From the NCBI RefSeq assembly GCF_946415235.1, contig NZ_CAMKRR010000009.1, positions 1,276-65,275 on the forward strand: 64,000 nt of DNA, given 5' to 3'. The notes beneath the pieces are model-generated. The model was not told where the DNA came from. It saw only the letters and a list, made by a program, of their open reading frames with translations, and made no database searches. Origin of the DNA: an uncultured Ruminococcus sp. (GTDB lineage Bacteria > Bacillota > Clostridia > Oscillospirales > Ruminococcaceae). The translations under genes and the position numbers were made by a program. This document shows, one piece after another, positions 44,823 through 56,900 of this stretch. Each line of letters starts with the position of its first letter. Within the stretch, counting starts at the first letter, position 1.

Positions 44823-47645
44823 ATGACATTCAGTGTATTTAAACGCATTATTTCTGCGGGAACTGCTGCCATATGCTTTGCGGCTGCTGTACCAACAGTA
44901 CCGCTCACGGCAAATGCCGTAAATAATAAAATCACTTCATACGAAGGCTACGATTATGAATACTGGACCGACTCGAATGATAATGCTGTTTCATTCGATA
45001 TTGATAAAAAGGGCGGTTTTGATGCGGAATGGGACGCAAATGGCAACTGCTTCTTTGCTAAAGGCCTGATATATCAAAAGCCGATTTCAAACAATTACAA
45101 AATAGACTACGACTTATCGGTGAATTTTGCTCCTGTACAGAATGAAGCTTCAGACGTTGCCTCCACATATGTATGTGCTTATGGTTACCTTAAAGACCCT
45201 GCCGCTGAATTCTTCTTTATGGACTGTGGTTATAATTTGCCGAGCTACGGAACCATGGAGAATTGTACTTCATTAGGCAGCGTTGATATTGACGGCAAGA
45301 CTTATGATCTTTACACTCAGAAAAGATATGGACACACTATTGACGGTTCCTTTTCATATCCTGTATACTTAAGCGTCCGCAGAGGCGGAGAAATGAAATG
45401 CAGTTCCGATCCTGACAGCGAAAAAAACAGCTATTCAGGTCAGATAGACGTTGGTGCACATTTTTACGCTCTTGAAGAACTCGGACAGGCAGTAGGTGAC
45501 CTTGACAGGCTCTCCCTGAATGTGGAATCCTACAGGTGCAGCGGCACAGCAAAGCTCAACAGCTGCGAGATAACTGAATATCAGACACAGAATGACCACC
45601 CTCGGGTATCAGGCACCTTTGAAAAAGACGGCTATACTTACACCTACAGCTCTTCGTGCAGGCCGTCCAAAATAGATATACGCCCGGATCAATCCTCCAT
45701 CAACAAGGAATTTGACTACAGATGGCAGGATGGTACAAATACGATCACAAAGACATTTCTTGATGAGCCTGAAAAAATAGGTAGAAGTGATCTTATTATT
45801 TTCAAAAACGACTTTTCATTTGAGTTGAAAGGCGATGATACAGACAGCAAAAGCTTCGACGGTATACTCGAGCTCGAGATGAACAACTCTCAGAAGCTGT
45901 ATCTTGCTGATACAGCCACAGACTTCGGCGAAGATAAGATAGCTGCTTTATACAGTAAAAAAGGCATAGAGCCAAAGCTTATTGCTTCACTTACAAACAA
46001 AAATATTTTAGACCTTCCCGATACTATATATGACGCCCGCAAGCAGGAAATGAGAGTTTATTCATATACAGTAAAGAACGGAAGCATCGAAGAAAAACAC
46101 ACCGATTACTGGATAACAAATTATCAAAATGATTTTTATTTCTACAATAATTACACTTTTAAAATCTGCGGAGAAAAGATAGCCTGCAATATACCATATA
46201 AATGCTATAATATCATCAAAATATCTGATTTATTAAATTATCTTGAGGAATACGGCCTTTCAGCCGATACAATAAAAAAAGCTTCCTACACATTTAATTC
46301 CGAAGGCTTCGGAGGTTCTCTTTCCGTAAACTCTCTTAAACTGGATATTACTCACTTCCCCGACGGACCGTATAATTACTCTCCCGAATTCTACGGTCAG
46401 AATGATTTTACCATTAAGTCCAACAAAAACGGTCTGTTTGACTTCAGCTGGAATAATACGGAATTCGGAGGCTGCACAGCTTTAGCGGAAAAGCATTTTG
46501 ACGGCAGCGGTCTTGATCTCTCAGAGGTCAAAAGTATCGTTGCGGATTACAGCGTAACTGTCGATTCTGTTGAGGTATACGGACAGACTTACGACGAGAC
46601 AGCGGTATATTTGCGCGGAAAGCTCCCGATACCTGACGCTTCGAGGAATGAATTATACATCGACATTGCTTACTTCGCAAACACACCTAACCTGAAAAAA
46701 AGAATAAAACCTATTTCGTCCGATAACTCCATCGAAGATCACGGCAATATCTATGATCTTTACGTTAATTCAAAGGATGAATTGAACGGATTTACTGTTT
46801 TGGGCTTCATAAGCAACGAAGATGCTCTCATAAATCAGTTCTGGAGCCTTGATAACGATCCTCCCGTTAACGGCGAAGAGACTGCTTCATTCAGCGGTTC
46901 AATTGATATCACAAAGCATATCGCCGAATACAGTAAAGCTTTCGGCAGCGATACATGGGATATTCTCAGTGATCTTGCTATCTGTGCGGAAGTAAACCAC
47001 TCGGCAGGTACTGTTTCTGTTGAAAAATTTGATATAACCGTGACATACAAGGACGGAACCGTAAAAAAATATAAACCGTATAATACTTCATCCGATACAG
47101 ATGAAGTAATCAAAGGTGATGCCAACGATGACGGAGTATTCAGTCTGTCAGATGTTGTTACATTGCAGAGATGGCTGCTCAGTGCAAAAAATGCTATGAT
47201 CGCAAACTGGAAAGCTGCTGACCTTAATAACGATGATAAGCTTGATGTGTTCGACCTTTGTCAGATGAGGAAAGAAGTTCTCCTGATGATAAAAACGCCT
47301 GCTGCTGTAAGTATCAACGAAACAGGCGGATACAAAGGAGTAAACAAGACATGGAAGGTATATGAGGATAAAGGCAAATTCTTCATGTATTATGATGATT
47401 TAAAGGGCTTAAAAGGCGCAGATCCGATCATCACTGAAATAACCGAAGAAGAATACGGTTTGATAATGGCTCAGGACTACGAATTAAATCCCCCTTATTA
47501 TCAGGTTATGGACGGATACAATTTCAAGTCGGTTATCACCTACAAAGACGGTACCGAAAAGACGACGAAAGCAGATATGTATGATATCGTTATAATACTC
47601 GATAAGCTTTTTGCGAAATATAACCCCGAAATAGAATTATGGTAA
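44823..47645 (+). CDS. Secreted protein with tandem divergent GH11 (xylanase)-fold repeats, dockerin (group 3/6-type) and a C-terminal ~120-aa domain
   Basis: ATG 44823 after ggaggtg. Repeat 1: GYDYEYW, SYVCAYGY...PAAEFF, DGKTYDLY, SVR, SGQIDVGAHF, NVESYRCSG. Repeat 3: GNIYDLY, NQFWS, SGSIDITKH. Dockerin at 47115. Confidence 0.78.
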   Translation: MTFSVFKRIISAGTAAICFAAAVPTVPLTANAVNNKITSYEGYDYEYWTDSNDNAVSFDIDKKGGFDAEWDANGNCFFAKGLIYQKPISNNYKIDYDLSVNFAPVQNEASDVASTYVCAYGYLKDPAAEFFFMDCGYNLPSYGTMENCTSLGSVDIDGKTYDLYTQKRYGHTIDGSFSYPVYLSVRRGGEMKCSSDPDSEKNSYSGQIDVGAHFYALEELGQAVGDLDRLSLNVESYRCSGTAKLNSCEITEYQTQNDHPRVSGTFEKDGYTYTYSSSCRPSKIDIRPDQSSINKEFDYRWQDGTNTITKTFLDEPEKIGRSDLIIFKNDFSFELKGDDTDSKSFDGILELEMNNSQKLYLADTATDFGEDKIAALYSKKGIEPKLIASLTNKNILDLPDTIYDARKQEMRVYSYTVKNGSIEEKHTDYWITNYQNDFYFYNNYTFKICGEKIACNIPYKCYNIIKISDLLNYLEEYGLSADTIKKASYTFNSEGFGGSLSVNSLKLDITHFPDGPYNYSPEFYGQNDFTIKSNKNGLFDFSWNNTEFGGCTALAEKHFDGSGLDLSEVKSIVADYSVTVDSVEVYGQTYDETAVYLRGKLPIPDASRNELYIDIAYFANTPNLKKRIKPISSDNSIEDHGNIYDLYVNSKDELNGFTVLGFISNEDALINQFWSLDNDPPVNGEETASFSGSIDITKHIAEYSKAFGSDTWDILSDLAICAEVNHSAGTVSVEKFDITVTYKDGTVKKYKPYNTSSDTDEVIKGDANDDGVFSLSDVVTLQRWLLSAKNAMIANWKAADLNNDDKLDVFDLCQMRKEVLLMIKTPAAVSINETGGYKGVNKTWKVYEDKGKFFMYYDDLKGLKGADPIITEITEEEYGLIMAQDYELNPPYYQVMDGYNFKSVITYKDGTEKTTKADMYDIVIILDKLFAKYNPEIELW

Positions 47646-47652
47646 AAAAACA

Positions 47653-47679
47653 GTGCCTCCCTACGGAGGCACATTTTTT
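47653..47679. terminator. Bidirectional intrinsic terminator
   Basis: gtgcctcc-ctac-ggaggcac flanked by A7 and a T-tract. Confidence 0.85.
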
Positions 47680-47682
47680 ATG

Positions 47683-48882
47683 CTATTCAAACAGCTTTCT
47701 GAACCTTTTCATTGCTTCAATGGTATTTTCTTTATTGTTGAAAGCTGTTAATCTGAACCAGTGATCACCGTTCTTGCCGAAGCCCACACCAGGAGTACCT
47801 ACCACTCCTGCCTTTTCGAGCATATGATCGAAGAAAGTCCAGCTGTCCATACCGAAGGGACACTCGAACCATATATACGGCGAATTTATCCCGCCTGTAA
47901 ACCTGATGCCAAGTTCACTCATGGTGTCGGATATAATACGGGCATTTTCCATATAGCAGGCAGTCATAGCCTTTGTTTCTTTTTGACCCTCTTCGCTGAA
48001 AACAGCCTCTGCAGCTCTCTGAACGATGTAGGGAACGCCATTGAATTTTGTAGTCTGACGTCTGTTCCACATCTTGTTGAGGCTCATTTCCCTTCCGTCA
48101 GGTGAAAGTGACTTTATAGCCTTTGGAACTATTGTATATCCGCAGCGAGTACCTGTAAAGCCCGCTGTCTTTGAAAGCGAACAGAACTCCACCGCGCACT
48201 TCTTTGCACCTTCGATGCAGTATATCGTCCTCGGGAGCTCATCGTCAGATATGAAGCTCTCATAGGCTGAATCAAAGAGGATAACGGCGTCATTTTCAAG
48301 AGCATAATCCACCCATTCACGCAGCTGCTGCTTGTTATAGCAGGCGCCTGTTGGATTGTTTGGAGAGCAGAGATAAATGATATCCGTATGGATGCTCCTG
48401 TCGGGCATGGGAAGGAATTCATTCTCCGCTGAACCGTTAATGTAGACGATGTTTCTGCCGTTCATGGTATTCGTGTCAACATAAACAGGATAAACCGGAT
48501 CGGGTATGAGTACGGTATTGTCAGCCGAAAACAGATCAGTTATGTTTCCTGTATCGGACTTTGCACCGTCTGATACGAATATCTCGTCCTCGTCAACGTC
48601 CGCGCCGAGTTCCCTGTAATGTCCTGCTATAGCCTTTCTGAGGAAGTCATATCCCTGCTCGGGACCGTAGCCGCGGAATGTTTCGGCTTTGCCCATTTCA
48701 TCGGCAGCTGCGTGCATAGCCTGAACTACCGACTTGCCCAGAGGCAGTGTAACATCGCCGATACCAAGCCTGATAACATCCCTTTCGGGATGCTTTTCTT
48801 TAAAAGTGCTTACTCTCTTTGCCACCTCACTGAACAGATAGCTTTCTTTCAGATCAAGAAATCTCTCATTAAACCTTGCCAT
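47683..48882 (-). CDS. dapL: LL-diaminopimelate aminotransferase
   Basis: Start MARFN at 48882. [57 protein letters not shown]. Confidence 0.95.
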   Translation of the reverse strand: MARFNERFLDLKESYLFSEVAKRVSTFKEKHPERDVIRLGIGDVTLPLGKSVVQAMHAAADEMGKAETFRGYGPEQGYDFLRKAIAGHYRELGADVDEDEIFVSDGAKSDTGNITDLFSADNTVLIPDPVYPVYVDTNTMNGRNIVYINGSAENEFLPMPDRSIHTDIIYLCSPNNPTGACYNKQQLREWVDYALENDAVILFDSAYESFISDDELPRTIYCIEGAKKCAVEFCSLSKTAGFTGTRCGYTIVPKAIKSLSPDGREMSLNKMWNRRQTTKFNGVPYIVQRAAEAVFSEEGQKETKAMTACYMENARIISDTMSELGIRFTGGINSPYIWFECPFGMDSWTFFDHMLEKAGVVGTPGVGFGKNGDHWFRLTAFNNKENTIEAMKRFRKLFE

Positions 48883-49717
48883 AGTACTCTCCCTCAAATG
48901 TATATTCAGCAGGACCTGTCATATAAATATGTCCGTCCGCTTCCTTCCATTCAATCACCAGCTCACCGCCGAGAAGCTCTACTCTCACAGGCTTGCGCGG
49001 GCATATCCCTTTAAGACAAGCCGCAGCGACTGTTGCACAGGTGCCTGTTCCACAGGCAAACGTCTCTCCTGTACCTCTCTCCCATACACGCATTTTCAGG
49101 TGATTGGGAGAAACAACTTCCGCAAACTCGATATTTGCCTTGTGAGGGAAATGATCGTCACATTCAAAAACTTTTCCGAATTTTTCAACTTCAAAGCCGC
49201 TGACGTTCTCACCGATAAATGTTACAGCATGGGGATTTCCCATAGAAACACAGGTAAACCTAAACTCCCTGCCGTATGCTGAAAGTGAAAGATCGGTAAC
49301 AGGCGATGCTTCGGCTATAACAGGAACCTCCGACGCTTCAGTGACAGGAGCTCCCATATCAACGGTAAGAGTACGTGCCATGTCGTTCTCATCGGTATGG
49401 ACTTCGATAGTCTTTATTCCCGCAAGAGTCTCAACAGTTACAACAGGCTTATGAATGATGCCCTTGTCGTAAACGTATTTTGCAACGCAGCGTATGGCGT
49501 TGCCGCACATCTCCGATTCGCTGCCGTCGGGATTGAACATACGCATACGGCAGTCGGCTGTGTCACTCGGAAGTATCAGTACAAGACCGTCGGAGCCAAT
49601 TCCGAAATGGCGGTCACTTACTGCTCTTGAAAGCTGCTCGGGAGAGCTTACGCTCTCCTCGAAACAGTTGACATAAACATAGTCATTGCCGCAGCCGTGC
49701 ATTTTGTTGAATTTCAT
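48869..49717 (-). CDS. dapF: Diaminopimelate epimerase
   Basis: [47 protein letters not shown]. Confidence 0.97.
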   Translation of the reverse strand: MKFNKMHGCGNDYVYVNCFEESVSSPEQLSRAVSDRHFGIGSDGLVLILPSDTADCRMRMFNPDGSESEMCGNAIRCVAKYVYDKGIIHKPVVTVETLAGIKTIEVHTDENDMARTLTVDMGAPVTEASEVPVIAEASPVTDLSLSAYGREFRFTCVSMGNPHAVTFIGENVSGFEVEKFGKVFECDDHFPHKANIEFAEVVSPNHLKMRVWERGTGETFACGTGTCATVAAACLKGICPRKPVRVELLGGELVIEWKEADGHIYMTGPAEYTFEGEYYGKV

Positions 49718-49722
49718 TTATA

Positions 49723-51810
49723 TCACACTCCGAAAAGAAGTTTGTCGTATGCAGGGAATGGATAATAGTCCTCCGCAGTTATTGTCTCGGCTTTGTCGGC
49801 TGCTGCACGGAGCTTATCCATTGCAGGGATCATCTTGTCACGTACAAACTCTGATTCCTTGATTATATCTCCGATGGTTTTCAGCTTTGCAACAGCTGCT
49901 TCAAGCTTTACAGCTGCATCGTCCATTTCATCAATGCGGACTGACAGCTCCTCAACGAGCTTGGTCTCGTACTTGCAGGCTGCCTTTGATACGCTCTTCT
50001 TGACTGCAACAGCAGAAGCCGTATCAGCAGCAAACTTTGCTACAGCAGGGATTATCTCCTTGCGAGCCATATCGACCATGGTCTGTGCCTCGATATTTAC
50101 AGACTTGACATAGTTTTCAAGCATGATATCGCGGCGTGAATAGATCTCTGCCTCCGTAAAGATACCGTGTGATGTGAGCATTTCAATATTCTTTTTGTCA
50201 CATATCTTAGGCATACAGTCGGCAGTAGTCCTCAGGTTGGAAAGTCCGCGCTTTTCGGCTTCCTTGACCCACTTGTCATCATAGCCGTTTCCGTTGAAGA
50301 TTATGCGCTTGTGTTCCTTGATGGTATTCTTTATGAGTTCGTGGAGAGCCTTGTTGAAGTCCTTTGCTCCTTCGAGCTTGTCAGCGAACTGCTTTAATAC
50401 CTCCGCAACTGCACCGTTCAGATGGATATTGGCGCATGATATGCTGTTGGACGATCCAAGCATACGGAACTCAAACTTATTGCCTGTGAATGCAAAAGGA
50501 GATGTACGGTTACGGTCTGTTGTGTCCTTGCTGAACTGAGGAAGCACATCAACACCCAGTTTCATTTTCTCCTTGGCTGTACCGCCGTAGGGCTTGTCAT
50601 TCTCGATAGCCTCAAGTATAGCTGTAAGCTCATCACCAAGGAATATTGAAATAATAGCGGGAGGAGCTTCGTTTGCACCGAGACGGTGGTCATTGCCTGC
50701 TGTAGCAACTGAAAGTCTCAGTAGATCCTGATAGTCGTCAACTGCCTTGATAACAGCAGCAAGGAAGAGCAGGAACTGTGCATTCTCATAAGGTGTTTCT
50801 CCGGGAGAAAGAAGATTTACGCCCGTATCTGTGGAGATGGACCAGTTGTTGTGCTTGCCCGAGCCATTTACGCCCTCGAATGGCTTTTCGTGAAGCAGGC
50901 AAACAAGCCCGTGACGCTCGGCTACCTTCTTCATAACCTCCATTGTGAGCTGATTGTGGTCGGCAGCAATATTTGTAGTTTTGTAAATAGGAGCAAGCTC
51001 GTGCTGTGCGGGAGCGACTTCATTGTGCTTTGTCTTTGCAAGGATACCGAGCTTCCAGAGCTCCTTGTCAAGATCAGCCATAAATTCGGATACTCTCGAC
51101 TTTATGGAACCGAAATAGTGATCTTCCATTTCCTGTCCCTTCGGAGGCATTGCACCGAAAAGGGTACGTCCTGTCATTATGAGGTCTTTCCTCTTCTTGT
51201 ACATGTCACGGTCAACGAGGAAGTATTCCTGCTCGGGACCTACCGATGTGCGGACGCTTCTGACGCTTTCGTTTCCGAACAGCTTAAGAACACGAAGTGC
51301 CTGCTTGTTGAGTGCTTCCATTGAGCGGAGAAGCGGAACCTTCTTGTCGAGAGCCTCACCTGTATATGAGCAGAAAGCGGTAGGTATGTAAAGTGTTCCG
51401 TCCTTGATGAATGCATATGAAGTCGGATCCCATGCAGTATATCCACGTGCTTCAAAGGTAGCGCGGAGTCCGCCCGAAGGGAATGACGAAGCATCAGGCT
51501 CGCCCTTTACAAGCTCCTTGCCCGAGAATTCCATGATAACTCTTCCGTCGGGTGCAGGAGTGATAAAGCTGTCGTGCTTCTCGGCTGTAACGCCTGTCAT
51601 TGGCTGGAACCAGTGAGTATAGTGAGTTGCACCTTTCTCGATAGCCCAGTCCTTCATGGCTGCCGCAACAACATTTGCAACGGACAGATCAAGGGGCGTT
51701 CCCCTGTCAATCGTCCTTTTCAGAGACTTGTAGACCTTCTCTGAGAGGGTTGCTTTCATGACTCTCTCATCGAATACCATTGAACCAAAATAATCTGTTA
51801 CCTTTTCCAT
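49723..51810 (-). CDS. glnA: Glutamine synthetase type III (catalytic motifs intact)
   Basis: Start MEKVT at 51810. [74 protein letters not shown]. Confidence 0.96.
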   Translation of the reverse strand: MEKVTDYFGSMVFDERVMKATLSEKVYKSLKRTIDRGTPLDLSVANVVAAAMKDWAIEKGATHYTHWFQPMTGVTAEKHDSFITPAPDGRVIMEFSGKELVKGEPDASSFPSGGLRATFEARGYTAWDPTSYAFIKDGTLYIPTAFCSYTGEALDKKVPLLRSMEALNKQALRVLKLFGNESVRSVRTSVGPEQEYFLVDRDMYKKRKDLIMTGRTLFGAMPPKGQEMEDHYFGSIKSRVSEFMADLDKELWKLGILAKTKHNEVAPAQHELAPIYKTTNIAADHNQLTMEVMKKVAERHGLVCLLHEKPFEGVNGSGKHNNWSISTDTGVNLLSPGETPYENAQFLLFLAAVIKAVDDYQDLLRLSVATAGNDHRLGANEAPPAIISIFLGDELTAILEAIENDKPYGGTAKEKMKLGVDVLPQFSKDTTDRNRTSPFAFTGNKFEFRMLGSSNSISCANIHLNGAVAEVLKQFADKLEGAKDFNKALHELIKNTIKEHKRIIFNGNGYDDKWVKEAEKRGLSNLRTTADCMPKICDKKNIEMLTSHGIFTEAEIYSRRDIMLENYVKSVNIEAQTMVDMARKEIIPAVAKFAADTASAVAVKKSVSKAACKYETKLVEELSVRIDEMDDAAVKLEAAVAKLKTIGDIIKESEFVRDKMIPAMDKLRAAADKAETITAEDYYPFPAYDKLLFGV

Positions 51811-51825
51811 TTTTATTTCCTCCAT

Positions 51826-53427
<1,602 letters not shown>

Positions 53428-53454
53428 TTATGCTCCTTGAAATACATTTATGAT

Positions 53455-53511
53455 AAAGGCAGTCTGCGGAGTATGGGAGATTCAGGTTTAATAATATCCG
53501 CAGACGCCCTT
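53455..53511 (-). other. Long hairpin in the pyrG 5' leader
   Basis: aaaggc-agtctgcgga ... tccgcagac-gccctt with a ~26-nt loop, just upstream of the pyrG RBS. Confidence 0.6.
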
Positions 53512-53610
53512 AACAGCTTATGAACGTTCATGCTCCTTCGAATTGCGGAACGATGTAAGTATCATGCATGGCTTGATAAAAAACAAATGGGTGCAGAAGT
53601 CCTGAGACTT

Positions 53611-53689
53611 CATACACCCCTTTGTGTATGGAATTAGCGCTTAAACCAAAAAAGAGAGCTACGGATACCATATCCGCAGCTCCCTTGCT
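53611..53689 (-). promoter_or_regulatory. pyrG-operon attenuator: ANTAR-type hairpin / terminator / second ANTAR-type hairpin
   Basis: Minus strand AGC-AAGGGA-GCU (53689-53678) overlaps the 5' arm of a 14-bp terminator (53684-53654) with U-tract; then CAUACAC-AAAGGG-GUGUAUG (53630-53611). Confidence 0.75.
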
Positions 53690-53701
53690 GTTTACAATGC
53701 C

Positions 53702-53730
53702 ATTATAGACCTTTGTGGGAGATTTGTCAA
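53702..53730 (-). promoter_or_regulatory. Consensus SigA promoter of the pyrG-glnA-dapF-dapL operon
   Basis: Minus strand TTGACA-17-TATAAT. Confidence 0.88.
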
Positions 53731-53831
53731 TAGCTTTTCTGAAATTTGACGTATCGCATATTTTTATTTAATAGTTAGCATATAATAACTGTATAAATTT
53801 CACGAAAGCGCCGAAATAACCAATTTTCCTA

Positions 53832-53860
53832 TTGACATTTCCACTTTAACGTGATAAGAT
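53832..53860 (+). promoter_or_regulatory. SigA promoter of the gltB operon
   Basis: TTGACA-17-TAAGAT with TG. Confidence 0.82.
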
Positions 53861-53869
53861 ATTTTTAGC

Positions 53870-53948
53870 AACAAAGACGTTCGTACAGGCTTACTGTCTG
53901 TATGGACGTCTTTTTTATTATGCGATGCGGATCAATGGCGCTCCGTAT
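53870..53948 (+). promoter_or_regulatory. gltB-operon attenuator: ANTAR-type hairpin / terminator / second ANTAR-type hairpin
   Basis: AAC-AAAGAC-GUU (53870-53881) overlaps the 5' arm of a 14-bp terminator (53875-53911) with U6; then AUGCGGAUC-AAUGGC-GCUCCGUAU (53925-53948) next to the RBS. Confidence 0.78.
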
Positions 53949-53959
53949 CGGAAAGGCAA

Positions 53960-56900
53960 GTGAATGATATGGATAATTTCAGGAGGGAAGCTCCATATGT
54001 GCAGCAGGGCCTTTACGACCCGAGATTTGAACATGATAACTGCGGAATAGGTGCAGTTGTAAACATCAAGGGCGAGGCATCAAGATATGTCGTTGACAGT
54101 GCTCTTACTATAGTTGAAAAGCTTGAGCACCGTGCAGGCAAGGATGCTGAGGGCAAAACCGGTGACGGCGTGGGAATACTTGTGCAGATGCCCTACAGCT
54201 TTTTTACAGAAGAGATAAAAAAACTGGGTGCCGAACTCGGTGAAAACGGTGACTTCGGTGTAGGTATGTTTTTCTTCCCGCAGAATGAACTCAGACGCGA
54301 CCGTGCAAAGAAGCTTTTTGAAAAAATAACCGACAATAACGGCATGGACTTTATATGCTGGAGAGAAGTGCCTACTTCTCCTTCAATACTCGGTCATAAA
54401 GCGCTCAGCAGTATGCCGTGTATCATGCAGGCTTTTCTAAGGCGTCCAGAAAACTGCAAAAGAGGTCTCGATTTTGACCGCAGGCTCTTCATTGCAAGAC
54501 GTGAGTTCGAGCAGTCAAACGAGGATACTTATGTATGTTCCCTTTCAAGCCGTACTATAGTTTATAAGGGTATGTTCCTCGTTGACGAGCTGAGAAGGTT
54601 CTATGCCGATCTCCGCAGTGAGGACTTCACATCTGCTATAGCAATGGTGCACTCGCGTTTCTCGACGAATACTAATCCAAGCTGGCAGAAGGCTCACCCG
54701 AACCGCTTTATCGTTCACAACGGTGAGATCAATACGATTACAGGCAATGCAGACAAAATGCTCGCCCGTGAGGAGACAATGACCTGTGAAACGCTGAAAA
54801 ACGATATGCACAGGATACTTCCTGCTATAAATGTAAACGGTTCCGACTCCGCGAGACTTGACAATGCTCTCGAATTTATGGTAATGTCGGGTATGCCGCT
54901 TCCTCTTGCGGTTATGATAACTATACCCGAGCCGTGGAAAAATGACAAGACCATATCCAAGGCAAAGTATGACTTCTACCAGTACTATGCTACAATGATG
55001 GAGCCATGGGACGGTCCTGCTTCCATTCTTTTCTCCGACGGTGACGTTATGGGAGCCGTTCTCGACAGGAACGGCCTCCGTCCTTCAAGATACTGCATAA
55101 CAAGCGACGGGTTTCTTATTCTTTCATCAGAGACGGGCTGCATAGATATCGCACCTGAGAATATTGTGAAAAAAGACCGTCTCCGTCCGGGAAAAATGCT
55201 CCTTGCAGACACAAAGCAGGGACGTATCATAGAGGACGACGAGATCAAGAATACTTATGCATCACGTCAGCCATACGGCGAATGGCTCGATGCAAACCTT
55301 GTACGTCTCCATGATCTGCATATCCCGAACAAGGGAGTTCAGACCTACTCCAAAGACGAGCTTGCGAAGCTCCACAAGGCTTTCGGCTACTCCTACGAGG
55401 ATATCCGCACATCTATTCTGCCAATGGCTGAAAAAGGAGCTGAGCCCATTGCTTCCATGGGAAGCGATATACCGCTCCCTCCGCTTGATAAGCAGTCTCC
55501 TCCCCTTTTCAACTACTTCCGTCAGCTATTCGCACAGGTAACAAATCCGCCCTTTGACGCTATCCGTGAAGAGATAGTTACCGACACCAGCGTATACATA
55601 GGCAAGGACGGAAATATCCTCGAAGAATGTCCCGAAAACTGCCATGTACTCAAGATCGAAAACCCAATCCTTACAGAGACGGATATGCTCAAGATAAAAG
55701 CCCTTGACCGTAAAGGGCTGAAAAGCGCAGTTATCCCGATAACCTACTACATCGGAACATCTCTTGACAAGGCTATCGAGCGTCTTTTCATCGAAGCTGA
55801 CAAGGCTTACCGCGACGGTGCATCCATTCTTATCCTTTCGGACCGCGGTGTTGACGAGTACCACTGCCCGATACCATCACTCCTTGCAGTTTCAGCACTC
55901 CAGCAGCATCTCGTTTCCACAAAGAAGCGCACGGCAGTTGCCATGATCCTTGAATCGGCTGAGCCAAGAGAGGTACACCATTTTGCTGCACTTCTCGGCT
56001 ATGGTGCGTGTGCTGTAAATCCGTACCTTGCACACGAAACTATCCGTTCACTTATCGAAGAAGGTTCTCTCGACAAGGATTTCTATGCTGCCGAGGACGA
56101 CTACAACAGTGCTATACTCCACGGTATAGTAAAAATAGCTTCAAAAATGGGAATCTCCACTATACAGTCCTATCAGGGCAGCAAGCTTTTTGAGGCAGTT
56201 GGTATCTCACAGGAGCTTATCGACAGCTGCTTTGCAGGTACTGTAAGCCGTATAGGCGGTATCGGACTTGCTGATATAAGCCGCCGCACAGAGGCTCTCC
56301 ACACAGCTGCTTATGATCCGCTGGGACTCCATGTGAGCAGCGAAGTAAAGAGCGCAGGCAGTCACAAGCTCCGCAGCGGAAAGAGCGATCACCTTTACAC
56401 TCCCGAGACCATACATCTGCTTCAGCAGGCAGCGTGGACAGGCAGCTATGAGACATTTAAGAAGTATTCCGAAGCTCTTACCCGTGAGGATAACGAGCTT
56501 ACGCTCCGCAGTCTCCTTGACTTCAATTTTGACAGTGCAAATGAGATACCGCTGGACGAGGTCGAGTCTGTTGAGAGCATTTGCACACGCTTCAAGACAG
56601 GCGCCATGTCATACGGCTCTATTTCGCAGGAAGCTCATGAGTGCATGGCTGTTGCCATGAACAGTATAGGCGGAAAATCCAACAGCGGCGAGGGCGGTGA
56701 AAGTCCCGAGCGTCTGAGATCTGATAAATGTTCCGCTATCAAGCAGGTTGCTTCGGGACGTTTCGGCGTTACCTCGGAATATCTGGTTTCAGCACAGGAG
56801 ATACAGATAAAAATGGCACAGGGTGCAAAGCCCGGTGAGGGCGGACATCTTCCCTCGGGAAAGGTCTATCCCTGGATTGCCAAAACTCGTCATTCAACAG

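Noticed and set aside
53447..53532. 27-codon leader peptide in the pyrG leader (MNVHKLLR...)
   Set aside because: The SD-like GGAG is only 1 nt from the ATG and the peptide has no Gln/Glu/Asn-rich sensing run.
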